DNA from: Candidatus Berkelbacteria bacterium
GTDB lineage: Bacteria > Patescibacteriota > UBA1384 > JACPKC01
Direction: 5' to 3'
Assembly: GCA_016187225.1 (NCBI GenBank)
Contig: JACPKC010000002.1
Location: forward strand, 3,387-67,386
DNA length: 64,000 nucleotides
In this document: one piece after another, positions 17,952 through 27,209 of the stretch
Layout: the number at the start of each line of letters is the position of its first letter
Numbering within the stretch: position 1 is the stretch's first letter
Position numbers and translations under genes: made by a program
The notes under the pieces: generated by a model
Databases searched by the model: none
What the model saw: the letters and a program-made list of their open reading frames with translations, nothing else
What the model was told of the DNA's origin: nothing

Positions 17952-19578
17952 AGCCGAAGTTTTAAGGCGAGCTTTGGCGCGGCAAGCGCCGGTGTTGGCG
18001 CTTGAAGCGCACGACGCTCCATCAGCTAAAATCGTTGAAGAAGCCGGTTTCGATGCCGTTTGGGCTTCAGGTTTGACGATTTCTATTACTCACGGCGTCC
18101 CCGATCTCGGTCTTTTAGATCGATCTGAAATGCTCACGACCGTGAAATGCATAAATGACGCCACAACCCTGCCGGTGATTGTTGATGTCGATGATGGTTA
18201 TGGCGGCATTCGAAATGTGATTCAACTTGTTAAGGAATGCGAGGCGATCGGTGTTGCGGCAATTATTATTGAAGAAAAAGGGCGAACAACCAAGGCCAAT
18301 TCCCTTGATCAAAATGCGCATCACTCTTTGGAAGAGATTGACGTTTTCTCGGCAAAACTTAGAGCCGCTAAGCAATATCAACGCTCGCCTCACTTTCTCG
18401 TGGTGGCCCGGATTGAGGCCTTGATCGCGGGTTTGTCCGTTGAAGAAGCGCTAAAGCGCGCCAATACCTATACAGATGCGGGTGCAGATGCGATCGTGAT
18501 TCACTGGAACAAAAAAGATCCCAGTTTAGTTTACAATTTTATCGATCAGTTTAAGGATCGGGTGCCGGTAATTGTCATCCCAACGAGTTATAGCCAGATT
18601 CCTGCCTCGGAACTTGCCAGTCGCGGCGTTAAGCTAGTGATCTATGCCAACCATCTAAGACGGGCCTCAATCACAACGATGCGCGCGATTGCTGCCCGGA
18701 TTCGAAATGATGAGCGCACCTCTGAAGTGGAGGCTGAAATCGCTTCGGTGAAAGATCTTTGGAATATGGTTGGCACACACGAGGTCATGGCCTACGAAGA
18801 ACGCTTACTGCGAGAAAGCAAGGCGCCGATCAATGCTCTTATTCTCGCGGCCGGAGAGACTAAGGAGCTTGGGCGAATCACCGACTTGCCGGTCGCGCTC
18901 ATGCAGATCAATAAGAAGAGTTTCCTTGAGTGGCAGGCACATGCATATCGGGCGGTTGGCGTTGAGGCGGTTGGCGTCGTGACCGGTTGGCGAGCCGAGA
19001 AAATCACTCTGCCCGGGTTTACCTATATTAAGAATCCTGACTATGCCAAAACAGGAATCTATCATACCCTTCAAAAGGCAAAAAAATTTTTGACCGCCGA
19101 GACCCTAGTGTCTTATGGCGATATTTATTTTTCGGATGATCCAGTGCGTCGCATTCTCGTTGAACTTGAGAATGGGCAAGCTGATATCGTCATCGCCGTC
19201 GACCCGAATATAAAATATGGTCTTGTCTCTAATGACAAAGAGCTGGTTATGACCGAGGAAGAAACCTCGTCATTGGGAAGTCGGATGGCGCATCTATCGG
19301 AAAAACCGCGTGTCCTCAAGGTGAGCAAGAAGCTAGTTGGCAACGCGATCGCGGGCGAGTTTATCGGTTTGGCTGGTTTTTCCAAATCAGCAATAACCGC
19401 CTTATTACTTTTGCCTGAATCTCAACCTGAAACAGACTGGCGCCAGGCGGATTTATGTGACGCGCTTAATACCTTGATTGCTCAAGGAATTCAAATTCGG
19501 GCAATTCCAGCGCCGTTCTGGTATGAAATTGATAAAACCGCTGACGTGCTTAATCTTTTAAGCACCAGTATGGTTTAG
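17932..19578 (+). CDS. pepM: Phosphoenolpyruvate mutase fused to a C-terminal nucleotidyl(cytidylyl)transferase
   Basis: ICL/PEPM barrel (GFDAVWASG, DVDDGYG, VARIEA) with loop EEKGRTTKANSL; C-terminal ILAAG...SYGDI...WYEIDK NTP-transferase domain; adjacent to ppd. Confidence 0.85.
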   Translation: MATTTSKAEVLRRALARQAPVLALEAHDAPSAKIVEEAGFDAVWASGLTISITHGVPDLGLLDRSEMLTTVKCINDATTLPVIVDVDDGYGGIRNVIQLVKECEAIGVAAIIIEEKGRTTKANSLDQNAHHSLEEIDVFSAKLRAAKQYQRSPHFLVVARIEALIAGLSVEEALKRANTYTDAGADAIVIHWNKKDPSLVYNFIDQFKDRVPVIVIPTSYSQIPASELASRGVKLVIYANHLRRASITTMRAIAARIRNDERTSEVEAEIASVKDLWNMVGTHEVMAYEERLLRESKAPINALILAAGETKELGRITDLPVALMQINKKSFLEWQAHAYRAVGVEAVGVVTGWRAEKITLPGFTYIKNPDYAKTGIYHTLQKAKKFLTAETLVSYGDIYFSDDPVRRILVELENGQADIVIAVDPNIKYGLVSNDKELVMTEEETSSLGSRMAHLSEKPRVLKVSKKLVGNAIAGEFIGLAGFSKSAITALLLLPESQPETDWRQADLCDALNTLIAQGIQIRAIPAPFWYEIDKTADVLNLLSTSMV

Positions 19579-19594
19579 TTAGCAAGGAGGGTGT

Positions 19595-20758
19595 GTGGCA
19601 GTCGAACCAGTTAAATTTTGGCAAGCGCTTGAAAAAGAGAATCTCGGTCCAATTTTTCAAGTTCCATGCTCGATATTCAAAAATTTTCTGAACTTTTGTT
19701 ATGACACCGACAAGGAAGTCTACAATCCGGTTCATGAAGGCATTGCCCTAGTTCAAGCTTCGGGCGCTTATCTTGCTACCGGTAAATTGCCGATCGTGAT
19801 GCTTCAAAATTCCGGTTTTGGCAATCTTTTGAATCCCCTCACCTCATTGAATCAGGTTTATGACATCCCTGCTTTGCTGATGATGAGTTGGCGCGGAGCG
19901 GATGGTCGAGGCACTGATGCGCCGGAACATGATGAAATGGGAACCATGTTCTTAAAAATTCTTAAGGCGGCGAATGTTGCCTCTGAAATACTTGATGAGA
20001 GACATTTCGGCGAGCAAATTTATAAGTCGAGCCAACTCGCTCAAAGCCAACGTCGCCCGACCGCGTTAATTCTTAAAAAAGATTTTTTTGCGCCCTACCA
20101 AGCACGCCAATCACACATCTCTCCAGCGCAAGAATTCACACGGCATCACGTGATCTCGGTGATAAAAAATTGGTTTGGCGAGCGAGCGATTTACCTTTCT
20201 TCGACTGGCTTCCCAAGCCGAGATTCGTTTAACGTTCGCGATACGCCCGATTTTTACATCATGGGTTCAATGGGCTATACGGGCGCACTCGGCTTACATA
20301 TTGCAAAATCAAACGACCGTCCAGTTGTGCTCTTCGAAGGCGATGGCAGTGTTTTAATGCATATCGGCGCACTCGCTTCAATTGCGGCGCTTAAGCCAAA
20401 AAATCTGATCCATTTTGTTTTAGATAACGAAGCTTATGATTCAACCGGTTTCCAGCCATCGCTAAGCAAAGGCATCGATTTGTGTAAAATTGCGGAAGGT
20501 TTCGGCTACACGTATACATTGAACGTTCGTGAAGAAAATGATTTAAGGACTCTTCTCGCAACCGTGGAATCAATTAAAGGACCGATCTTGATCCGCGTCA
20601 AGGTGGGGCAGGTTCATACAAAGACTGGCCAACGCGTTTCGGATAAGTATTCTCCAGTTCAGATTACAGATCGTTTTATGGAGAATTTGCGATCTGGCTA
20701 TCTTGGCATTCAAGAGTCAGGCAATCAAGCGCGTGACGTGGTTGAGGTTAATGTCTAA
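19595..20758 (+). CDS. ppd: Phosphonopyruvate decarboxylase (ThDP-dependent)
   Basis: QVPCS, HEG, LQNSGFGNLLNPLTSL, WRG..DAPEH, GSMG and GDG..LM..LDN..YDSTG.Q motifs. Confidence 0.9.
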   Translation: MAVEPVKFWQALEKENLGPIFQVPCSIFKNFLNFCYDTDKEVYNPVHEGIALVQASGAYLATGKLPIVMLQNSGFGNLLNPLTSLNQVYDIPALLMMSWRGADGRGTDAPEHDEMGTMFLKILKAANVASEILDERHFGEQIYKSSQLAQSQRRPTALILKKDFFAPYQARQSHISPAQEFTRHHVISVIKNWFGERAIYLSSTGFPSRDSFNVRDTPDFYIMGSMGYTGALGLHIAKSNDRPVVLFEGDGSVLMHIGALASIAALKPKNLIHFVLDNEAYDSTGFQPSLSKGIDLCKIAEGFGYTYTLNVREENDLRTLLATVESIKGPILIRVKVGQVHTKTGQRVSDKYSPVQITDRFMENLRSGYLGIQESGNQARDVVEVNV

Positions 20759-21852
20759 TGCCCTGGTCGTACCATCTGCCTACACAGATCACGTTCGGTG
20801 AAGGCGTATTTCGCGATATTGATCGGTGGTGGTTAGCTAAACTGGGGCGGCGTGTCGGCTTGATCACGAGTCCATCTCAACAAGCGCGGGCGGTTGAACT
20901 TAAGGTTTGTGCGCGTTGGGATAAGATTACTTCCAACCCATCGGTTGCGACGCTTCAATCTTTGATTAAATGGGTTAAGTCAGAATCCCTCACCGGCCTA
21001 GTTGCTCTTGGCGGCGGCAGTGTGATCGACAGCGCCAAGGTTGCTTCAGTCCTGGCTTGCCAAGACATCTCACTTGTTGAAGCGCTCACCCGAAAAACTC
21101 AATTAGTCGCTCGACACTTGCCACTTATTGCTTGCCCGACCACTGCCGGCACAGGCGCAGAGGTTACGAAATGGGCAACGGTTTGGGGCGACGATCTTCG
21201 CAAGTATTCATTTGAGCATGAACTTGCTTATCCACTTCAGGCGGTCATCGACCCAGAGCTGACTTATTCATTGCCCCGTCAAATTACGGCCTCAACCGGC
21301 TTGGATGCATTTGCGCAAGCGATCGAAGCCTATTGGTCGCGTAATACTCAACCGCTCTCGCAAACCTTGGCGCTTCGTGCGATCGAGCTGATTTACGCCA
21401 CTTTGCCAAAAGCAGTCGATCAGCCAAAAGATGGCACAGCGCGTCACGACATGGCGCTTGGCTCGCTCTTGGCCGGACTCGCCTTTACCGGCACGCGCAC
21501 AACGGCCTGCCACGCCATTTCTTATCCAATGACCGCTCATTTCGGTGTGCCGCATGGCTTTGCCGTTGCTCTCACTCTTCCAAACATGCTCCGTTTCAAC
21601 GCCGAATCCTTCGTCAATTTTTCTACGTTCGTGAAGGCACTAGATGCAGATTCGATCGAAGCGGCCGCGAAACGCATTGAGCAGTTGATGCAAGTAGTAG
21701 GCGCGCCAACTACTTTAGCCGCCGCCAAGGTGCCTAAAACAGGCTTGCAAACTATTCTTGATGAGGGCTTTCATCCCGACCGCGTTATTCACAATCCTCG
21801 CGAACTTGACAGACAGTCGTTATCCGAGATGCTAACTAAAATTGCAAACTAG
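20758..21852 (+). CDS. Iron-containing alcohol dehydrogenase, probable phosphonoacetaldehyde reductase (PhpC/FomC-like)
   Basis: GGGSVIDSAK, PTTAGTGAEVT and TTACHAISYPMT..GVPHG motifs; directly downstream of ppd. Confidence 0.85.
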   Translation: MPWSYHLPTQITFGEGVFRDIDRWWLAKLGRRVGLITSPSQQARAVELKVCARWDKITSNPSVATLQSLIKWVKSESLTGLVALGGGSVIDSAKVASVLACQDISLVEALTRKTQLVARHLPLIACPTTAGTGAEVTKWATVWGDDLRKYSFEHELAYPLQAVIDPELTYSLPRQITASTGLDAFAQAIEAYWSRNTQPLSQTLALRAIELIYATLPKAVDQPKDGTARHDMALGSLLAGLAFTGTRTTACHAISYPMTAHFGVPHGFAVALTLPNMLRFNAESFVNFSTFVKALDADSIEAAAKRIEQLMQVVGAPTTLAAAKVPKTGLQTILDEGFHPDRVIHNPRELDRQSLSEMLTKIAN

Positions 21853-21860
21853 GAGGTTGG

Positions 21861-22598
21861 ATGCAGGCTTTAATCGTTGCGGCGGGCCGTTCGTCTAGAC
21901 TCTATCCGTTGACTCTCAAGACTCCGAAAACCCTGCTGTCGGTTGGCGAAGCGAGTTTAATTGAACGGTCGGTTCAAGCGTTGACTGCGGTTGGCGTTGA
22001 TCGGTTAGTGGTGATAACGGGCTTTGAAGCCGAGCAGATTGAATCAGCCTTGGGCGATCGGGCGAGCTACGTTCGAAACGAAAACTTTGCCACAACCAAT
22101 AATTTGGCAAGCTTACTGATTGGATCGCAAGCGCTTGATCTGTCAGAACCCTGGCTCTACCTTCATGCCGATTTAATTTATCATCCGCGCTTACTTGAAA
22201 ATACATTAAAAGCGCCGGGTGAAGTGGTTTTCTTAGTTGACCAACAGTCAATCGGCGAAGAAGAAATGAAAGTTCGGATCAAGGATGGGCGAATTATTGA
22301 AGCCAACAAGGCGATTCCGCTTAAGGAAGCCGCTGGTGAATGGACGGGAATTATCAAGTTTAATCCAGAGGGTGCGGCATGGTATCTGCCAGCGGTCGAG
22401 AAAGCAGTCGCGACTGATCCAACCAAATATGACTGCGTGGTCGTTCGTGATCTTGCCGCCGCCGGATATACAATTAGCGTTGCCTCGACTGAAGGCTTAC
22501 CGTGGCGCGAGGTTGATTTTCCAGAAGATCTTGCCGCCGCCCGGGAGATCGCCAAGGAGATTCCATGGCCAGTTCCATCCCTTCAGTTCGCGAATTGA
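21861..22598 (+). CDS. Phosphocholine/phosphonate cytidylyltransferase family (LicC/PntC-like)
   Basis: IVAAGRSSRLYPLT..PKTL, NENFATTNNL.S, EEEMKV and WREVDFPEDL motifs. Confidence 0.85.
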   Translation: MQALIVAAGRSSRLYPLTLKTPKTLLSVGEASLIERSVQALTAVGVDRLVVITGFEAEQIESALGDRASYVRNENFATTNNLASLLIGSQALDLSEPWLYLHADLIYHPRLLENTLKAPGEVVFLVDQQSIGEEEMKVRIKDGRIIEANKAIPLKEAAGEWTGIIKFNPEGAAWYLPAVEKAVATDPTKYDCVVVRDLAAAGYTISVASTEGLPWREVDFPEDLAAAREIAKEIPWPVPSLQFAN

Positions 22599-23329
22599 TT
22601 CCAATTATTCAAAAACGAAACTACGAGACCGCGACTACTTTTCAACTTGTTCATTTTCGTATTTCTCCTTACCTAACTCGCATCCTTTTGATGTTGAACA
22701 TCTCTGCTAATGCGACGACTCTAATCGCGCTCTTAATTGGTCTTATGTCGGTGTTTGCGCTTGTGCGACTGGTCAATAGCCCGCATCTTGTTTTAATTAG
22801 CGCACTGCTTTTTCAACTTCATTACCTGTTTGATTGCTCCGATGGTGAAATTGCTCGATTTCGCAAAACCCAAAGCCCGGCTGGCAAGTACGCCGACCTA
22901 TTTTTGCACCTTTTTGTTTACCCGATTTTTTTCCTTTCGATGGGTTGGGGGGCAACGAATGCGACTGGGAATCCATATTTTTTGCTTCTAGGCGGGATCA
23001 GCGCGGTTGGAGCGCTCTGGTACGACCACCTCTGGTTCGATTCTGGGCCGGATCCGGCATCCTTGACTCCAGTCAAAATGCCAAGCGTGACAATCGCAAA
23101 AAGAAAGTCAGCCCTAACTTTATTCATTGAACGGTCGTCGATTGTATGGAGCTTTCCCCTAATTGCTAATGTGTTTGGTCTTGTTGGAGTTTTGGTAAGT
23201 GCGTTAGGTAGCCTTGAACCGCTCTTTTGGTTTCTTTGGTTCTACGGCATTTCGTATCCGCTCTTCAGTGTTTTTACTGCTTGGCGCGTTCATCGCAATC
23301 TCGTAAAAACTTATGCTAAGCGCTCATAG
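22565..23329 (+). CDS. CDP-alcohol phosphatidyltransferase family protein
   Basis: ISAN..T and DCSDGEIAR...G.YAD signature; multiple TM helices. Confidence 0.88.
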   Translation: MASSIPSVRELIPIIQKRNYETATTFQLVHFRISPYLTRILLMLNISANATTLIALLIGLMSVFALVRLVNSPHLVLISALLFQLHYLFDCSDGEIARFRKTQSPAGKYADLFLHLFVYPIFFLSMGWGATNATGNPYFLLLGGISAVGALWYDHLWFDSGPDPASLTPVKMPSVTIAKRKSALTLFIERSSIVWSFPLIANVFGLVGVLVSALGSLEPLFWFLWFYGISYPLFSVFTAWRVHRNLVKTYAKRS

Positions 23330-23389
23330 CCGCACCAGTATATCTGGTTAGCATGCGCCCGATCATGCCTCAAGCACCTGGGAGTTTAC

Positions 23390-25078
23390 ATGGCTCGCGA
23401 GCGGAAACAGAAAAAACCCATTCTTGTAATTCTTGAGGACCCGACTTGTCTCGATCGCATCCACAATGCAATTCATCCTCATGAACAAGACCAGATACTC
23501 TATTTGCCTCTGAATGATTCAAGTTATCGAGCGCTTCAGTCGGCCAATTTGCCAAGTGTCGATCTTACCTCGCTTCAATGGAAGTCGTTTATTGGCATGG
23601 ATGATGAGGCTAGAAAACTTGCTCGTATTTCTATAAACAAAAATAAGAAGGTTTTGCACGGTCAAGAGATTACCCAAGTGCTTGAGTGGCCGCTAAGTTA
23701 TCTCTTTGCGTATCTATTAAAAAGAATCTGGATAATCGATTGGGCAATTCGAAGTTACAAGCCAGGCCAGATTATTTTTTGTATTCCAAAAAACAAGTTC
23801 CAACTTTCAGATGATCTATCATTTTCAGAATCAAGTTTAATCGGAAGTCGTTTAGCGTTGCTTTTGGCGCGCCGGAGTTCTCTGCCGTACAAAATGATCC
23901 GGGTGCGACAAAAAATGGCCTTTGATTTCCTCCGACCTCTCCGTTTAATATACCGTTGGTGGCGCTCGCAACGCTTCCCAGAAATCCCGTTGAAGCGGTT
24001 TGATGTCTTGGTCGCTCCAGCCGTAAAAGAGGCATCCTTTTCAGCGTTCAAGGGCAAAAATATCAACAGACTGACAAGTTATGGCTTACCTCTCCCTCTT
24101 TTTTCGCATGAACAGTTTCAATTTCCGCCGCTTCGTTACAGAGGCATATCGCTTAATTCGATTTTGAATTCCACAGCTAAGCAGGTTGGTCGAACGTTGC
24201 GGAGTTATCGCGCGTTTTTCGAGCGTGTTTCGGCCGCTCTCGCTTTTGCTCATGCCGAATTTGTAATTGCGAGCGAAGACACCAGCGCTTTTGGAAAATC
24301 TCTTGTTCTTGCCGCTAAATCCCAAGGGATTCGTTCAGTGGTTAGCCAGCATGGGGTCACAGGTCACCCGATTGGTTTTATTCCACTCACGGCCGATAAG
24401 TTTATGGCGTGGGGGCAAATTTCGCGAGATTGGCTAATAAAACACGGAGTGCCAGCTAAACGAGTGAGTGTTACAGGGCATCCAGCGTTTCAGGCTCATC
24501 AGGTTGATAGAACTCGTCGAGCTATACATCGAACGAACGTGAATAAAATGTTGAAGTTAGCGAGCAGGGCAAAATTAGTTGTGCTCACCACGCAAGTGAT
24601 TGAGGAACGATACTGTTTCCCTAATTATCATGTAAATTGGTGGGAAAATACGCCGTTTATTCAGGACGTAATCAACGCTGTGCTGGATATTGATTTAGCG
24701 GTTTTAGTGATCAAACCTCATCCCTCGGATGAAGGAATGGAAAAAATTATTGAAAGCTTAATCACTCGCGAACGAGTCAAGATTGTGCGGACGATACCGA
24801 CGCCAGAATTACTCGAAGCCGCTGATGTGGTGGTTACAGCTTGGTCAACGACTGGTCTTGAAGCTCTCGCCGTTGGGACGCCGGTCGTGTGGCATAACCC
24901 AGCGCGTCGGCCTGACTATCTCGGCTATCGTCCGTACATGAAGCATATTGAGGCGAAGAATCCACTCGAACTCACTGCGCTTATCCGCCAGGCAATCAAA
25001 TACCCGCTTCATTACCTCAAATCAGCTAAGACTGTAGAATATCTTAAGGATTACTTCAGCGTTCCACATCTCCATTAA
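23390..25078 (+). CDS. GT-B-type CMP/CDP-dependent transferase (TagF/sialyltransferase/capsule-biosynthesis-like)
   Basis: SQHG, WG, VTGHP, IKPHP and STTGLEA motifs. Confidence 0.65.
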   Translation: MARERKQKKPILVILEDPTCLDRIHNAIHPHEQDQILYLPLNDSSYRALQSANLPSVDLTSLQWKSFIGMDDEARKLARISINKNKKVLHGQEITQVLEWPLSYLFAYLLKRIWIIDWAIRSYKPGQIIFCIPKNKFQLSDDLSFSESSLIGSRLALLLARRSSLPYKMIRVRQKMAFDFLRPLRLIYRWWRSQRFPEIPLKRFDVLVAPAVKEASFSAFKGKNINRLTSYGLPLPLFSHEQFQFPPLRYRGISLNSILNSTAKQVGRTLRSYRAFFERVSAALAFAHAEFVIASEDTSAFGKSLVLAAKSQGIRSVVSQHGVTGHPIGFIPLTADKFMAWGQISRDWLIKHGVPAKRVSVTGHPAFQAHQVDRTRRAIHRTNVNKMLKLASRAKLVVLTTQVIEERYCFPNYHVNWWENTPFIQDVINAVLDIDLAVLVIKPHPSDEGMEKIIESLITRERVKIVRTIPTPELLEAADVVVTAWSTTGLEALAVGTPVVWHNPARRPDYLGYRPYMKHIEAKNPLELTALIRQAIKYPLHYLKSAKTVEYLKDYFSVPHLH

Positions 25079-25083
25079 ACTGA

Positions 25084-25362
25084 CAAATATTCGTTGCCAT
25101 ACCCGAGGCACTCTTCATCCAGCAACTCGAAGGACCTCAACCCTGGATGGGCCTGGGTTCGATTGCCTGGGTCGGGCCAGAGATTGAACCTTCAGGCGAT
25201 GCCGAAGGCGAGGTCGGTCGGAGACGGTGGGTCTCGATCGGAGACTTGGAGGGTGAGCTCAAGGAGCATCCAGAGCATTTTATGGGGTTTCATTACCCCG
25301 TACTGCTTTGGGCGGTGAACCTATTGAGAAAACCCGTCGCCACATCGGCGACTAACCAATAG
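25084..25362 (+). pseudogene. 5'-truncated NUDIX/IPP-isomerase-like fragment
   Basis: EVGRRRWVSIGDLEGELKEHPEHF resembles NUDIX/IDI-1 C-termini; the frame is closed upstream by TGA and has no RBS. Confidence 0.4.
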
Positions 25363-25375
25363 AATCATCCAAAGT

Positions 25376-25402
25376 GAGGCGTTTTTCACGACGCCTCTTT
25401 TC
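25376..25402 (+). terminator. Intrinsic terminator
   Basis: GAGGCGT...ACGCCTC stem followed by TTTTCTT. Confidence 0.6.
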
Positions 25403-25698
25403 TTATTAGAGAGAACTCGGACGTGAGTTCGGAGGTCAAATCTGCCTACTCGTAGCAAATACTCTCATGCGAATCATTAGTCTCTGCCACAGTGTGTACC
25501 AGCACCAGTCCCACATCGTCTGAAGAACGAAGTGCCGCCACAAGTTCCTCAAGGCGTACGTCAGGCGAATCTAGACAAGAGTTTTGCCGGTTATCCATAT
25601 TCCGTCAGAATGTTGAAGTGAAAACATATCCCCAGTCTACATTGGAATACACTTGATACCATTGTGCTAGATTTAAACAAAAGAGGGGAAATATTTTT

Positions 25699-26763
25699 AT
25701 GATGACTCGCGCAAGGCTTTTAAGTTTAGTAGGCGGGCTGGGTATATTGGGCCTCATGGGCGTGGGCATCGCTTTAAATAGATCAGAGGCTTCCTCAATC
25801 ACAGAGAATTTTTTTGTTCAGCCCCAAGAAGGTGTCGAAGCGCTTACTGTGACTGCGACGTATGCTGATTACCTGTTAATCGAGGGTACAGAACTTACCT
25901 TCCAGTTTGATAGGGAGACGACGATCGTTAATCCCTCGGGGCAGAACATTGGCTCTGTGAAGTATACGACCGTGACTCACCGCTATCAGAAGCCAGGGAA
26001 TTATTCCGTCAAGCTTATTGCGAAAATTCCCCTCGGAGACGGAAAGATTCTCACGAAAATAGTCCGAAAACGTGTCAAAGTAAGTAAGATCAAGCCCGGC
26101 CAATACTTTTCCATTGAACCCCCATCCGGTCTGGCCCCGCTCGGCATTAAGGCAGTGTACGCAGACTACTTCATGATTGAAGACACGAAGCTCGTCTTTG
26201 ATTTTGGAGATGGCACGGTCAGTGAGGACAGCGGAAACTACAGCAACAACACAGGCTCGGTTAAATACACTACCGCTTTTCATCGCTACAACGAGCCAGG
26301 CAAGTACACGGTTGGTCTCACGGTGAAAACACCTATCGGCGGCGATGAATTTCGTGAAAAAACCGTGAAAAAAGTGGTAAGGGTACAGCAGGGCGACTTA
26401 GTGTTACCTGTGCCGACTATTCGTAAACTCTATATGACTGGTCAGGGAACATTGCCGCGAACAGAAATAACTATTGAGCCTCGTATTCGATTGTCTGGGC
26501 GCGAAGCGCGTGGAGTATACATTGAAGGGACATCGATCACCGAACAAACTAATTTCGACGTCTGTTTGACGAATGAAGCATTCTCTCTACGAGCGGAATG
26601 CGAACAACTCGGTGTTTTTGGCACATTTAACAATAACGGTGGGTTCGACTGGTTCCTGTGGTTTCCAGACACTCTTTTCACACAGAAAGGCAACTATGTC
26701 ATCGAGGGGAGAGCACAGGGTTCAGTGCAAGCGTCAACACTTCTTGAAATTGTACGAGAATAG
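25699..26763 (+). CDS. Secreted/anchored protein with two PKD domains
   Basis: N-terminal hydrophobic segment; two repeats with YADY..IE.T.L.F.F(GDG)..GSVKYTT..HRY..PG.Y.V.L. Confidence 0.8.
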   Translation: MMTRARLLSLVGGLGILGLMGVGIALNRSEASSITENFFVQPQEGVEALTVTATYADYLLIEGTELTFQFDRETTIVNPSGQNIGSVKYTTVTHRYQKPGNYSVKLIAKIPLGDGKILTKIVRKRVKVSKIKPGQYFSIEPPSGLAPLGIKAVYADYFMIEDTKLVFDFGDGTVSEDSGNYSNNTGSVKYTTAFHRYNEPGKYTVGLTVKTPIGGDEFREKTVKKVVRVQQGDLVLPVPTIRKLYMTGQGTLPRTEITIEPRIRLSGREARGVYIEGTSITEQTNFDVCLTNEAFSLRAECEQLGVFGTFNNNGGFDWFLWFPDTLFTQKGNYVIEGRAQGSVQASTLLEIVRE

Positions 26764-26787
26764 TACGAACTTTCTACTTACATAACG

Positions 26788-26869
26788 CAACAAAAGAGCA
26801 TGCGTTCTCTTTTGTTGATGAATAGACCTGCAATTTTGTTTTAAAGAGCGCTCGCCAGGGCGCTCTTTA
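26788..26869. terminator. Two adjacent hairpins (bidirectional terminator-like)
   Basis: CAACAAAAGAG/CTCTTTTGTTG (26788-26817) and TAAAGAGCGC/GCGCTCTTTA (26842-26869). Confidence 0.65.
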
Positions 26870-26940
26870 CTTGTCTAATGCCGTGACGATACTTGGCAAG
26901 TTAAATACTCCTTGATAGCCTAACCGTGAGTTAGGAGGCG

Positions 26941-27062
26941 ATGGTGACTTTGGCACAGAAAATTGTTGCTGTTATCTCGGCACGGATCGAGTCAAAGCGA
27001 CTCGTGAAAAAAATATTCAAGAAATTGCTGGCAAGCCGCTTGTAACTTGGGCATTTGAAACA
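26941..27062 (+). pseudogene. Degraded 5' fragment of a NeuA-like cytidylyltransferase
   Basis: AGGAGG RBS; MVTLAQKIVAVISARIESKRLVKK, then a frameshift in the A7 run to NIQEIAGKPLVTWAFET; parallels the N-terminus of 27707..28291. Confidence 0.8.
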
Positions 27063-27209
27063 AGGCCGCGTCGCAATGTACTTACACGATTACTTTAGTA
27101 CTGGCGCACGCTTCGGTTGAATCACGCCCGGTTTAGGCGTAAACTCCAGACGTTTCGTTGGGAACCACCGGCAAGTCGGTGAATTTAATAGATTGGAGGA
27201 AAATGCGAT

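Noticed and set aside
17932-18800. Isocitrate or 2-methylisocitrate lyase annotation
   Set aside because: The loop has KANS rather than KxCGH, and the neighbours are ppd and an Fe-ADH.
20758-23329. Phosphonate antibiotic or methylphosphonate cluster
   Set aside because: There are no HEPD/MpnS, radical-SAM, NRPS or resistance genes; the context is glycan/lipid decoration.
25446-25598. 50-aa minus-strand ORF (MDNRQNSCLDSPDVRLEELV...)
   Set aside because: It is short, has no clear RBS and no recognisable motif, so it cannot be supported.
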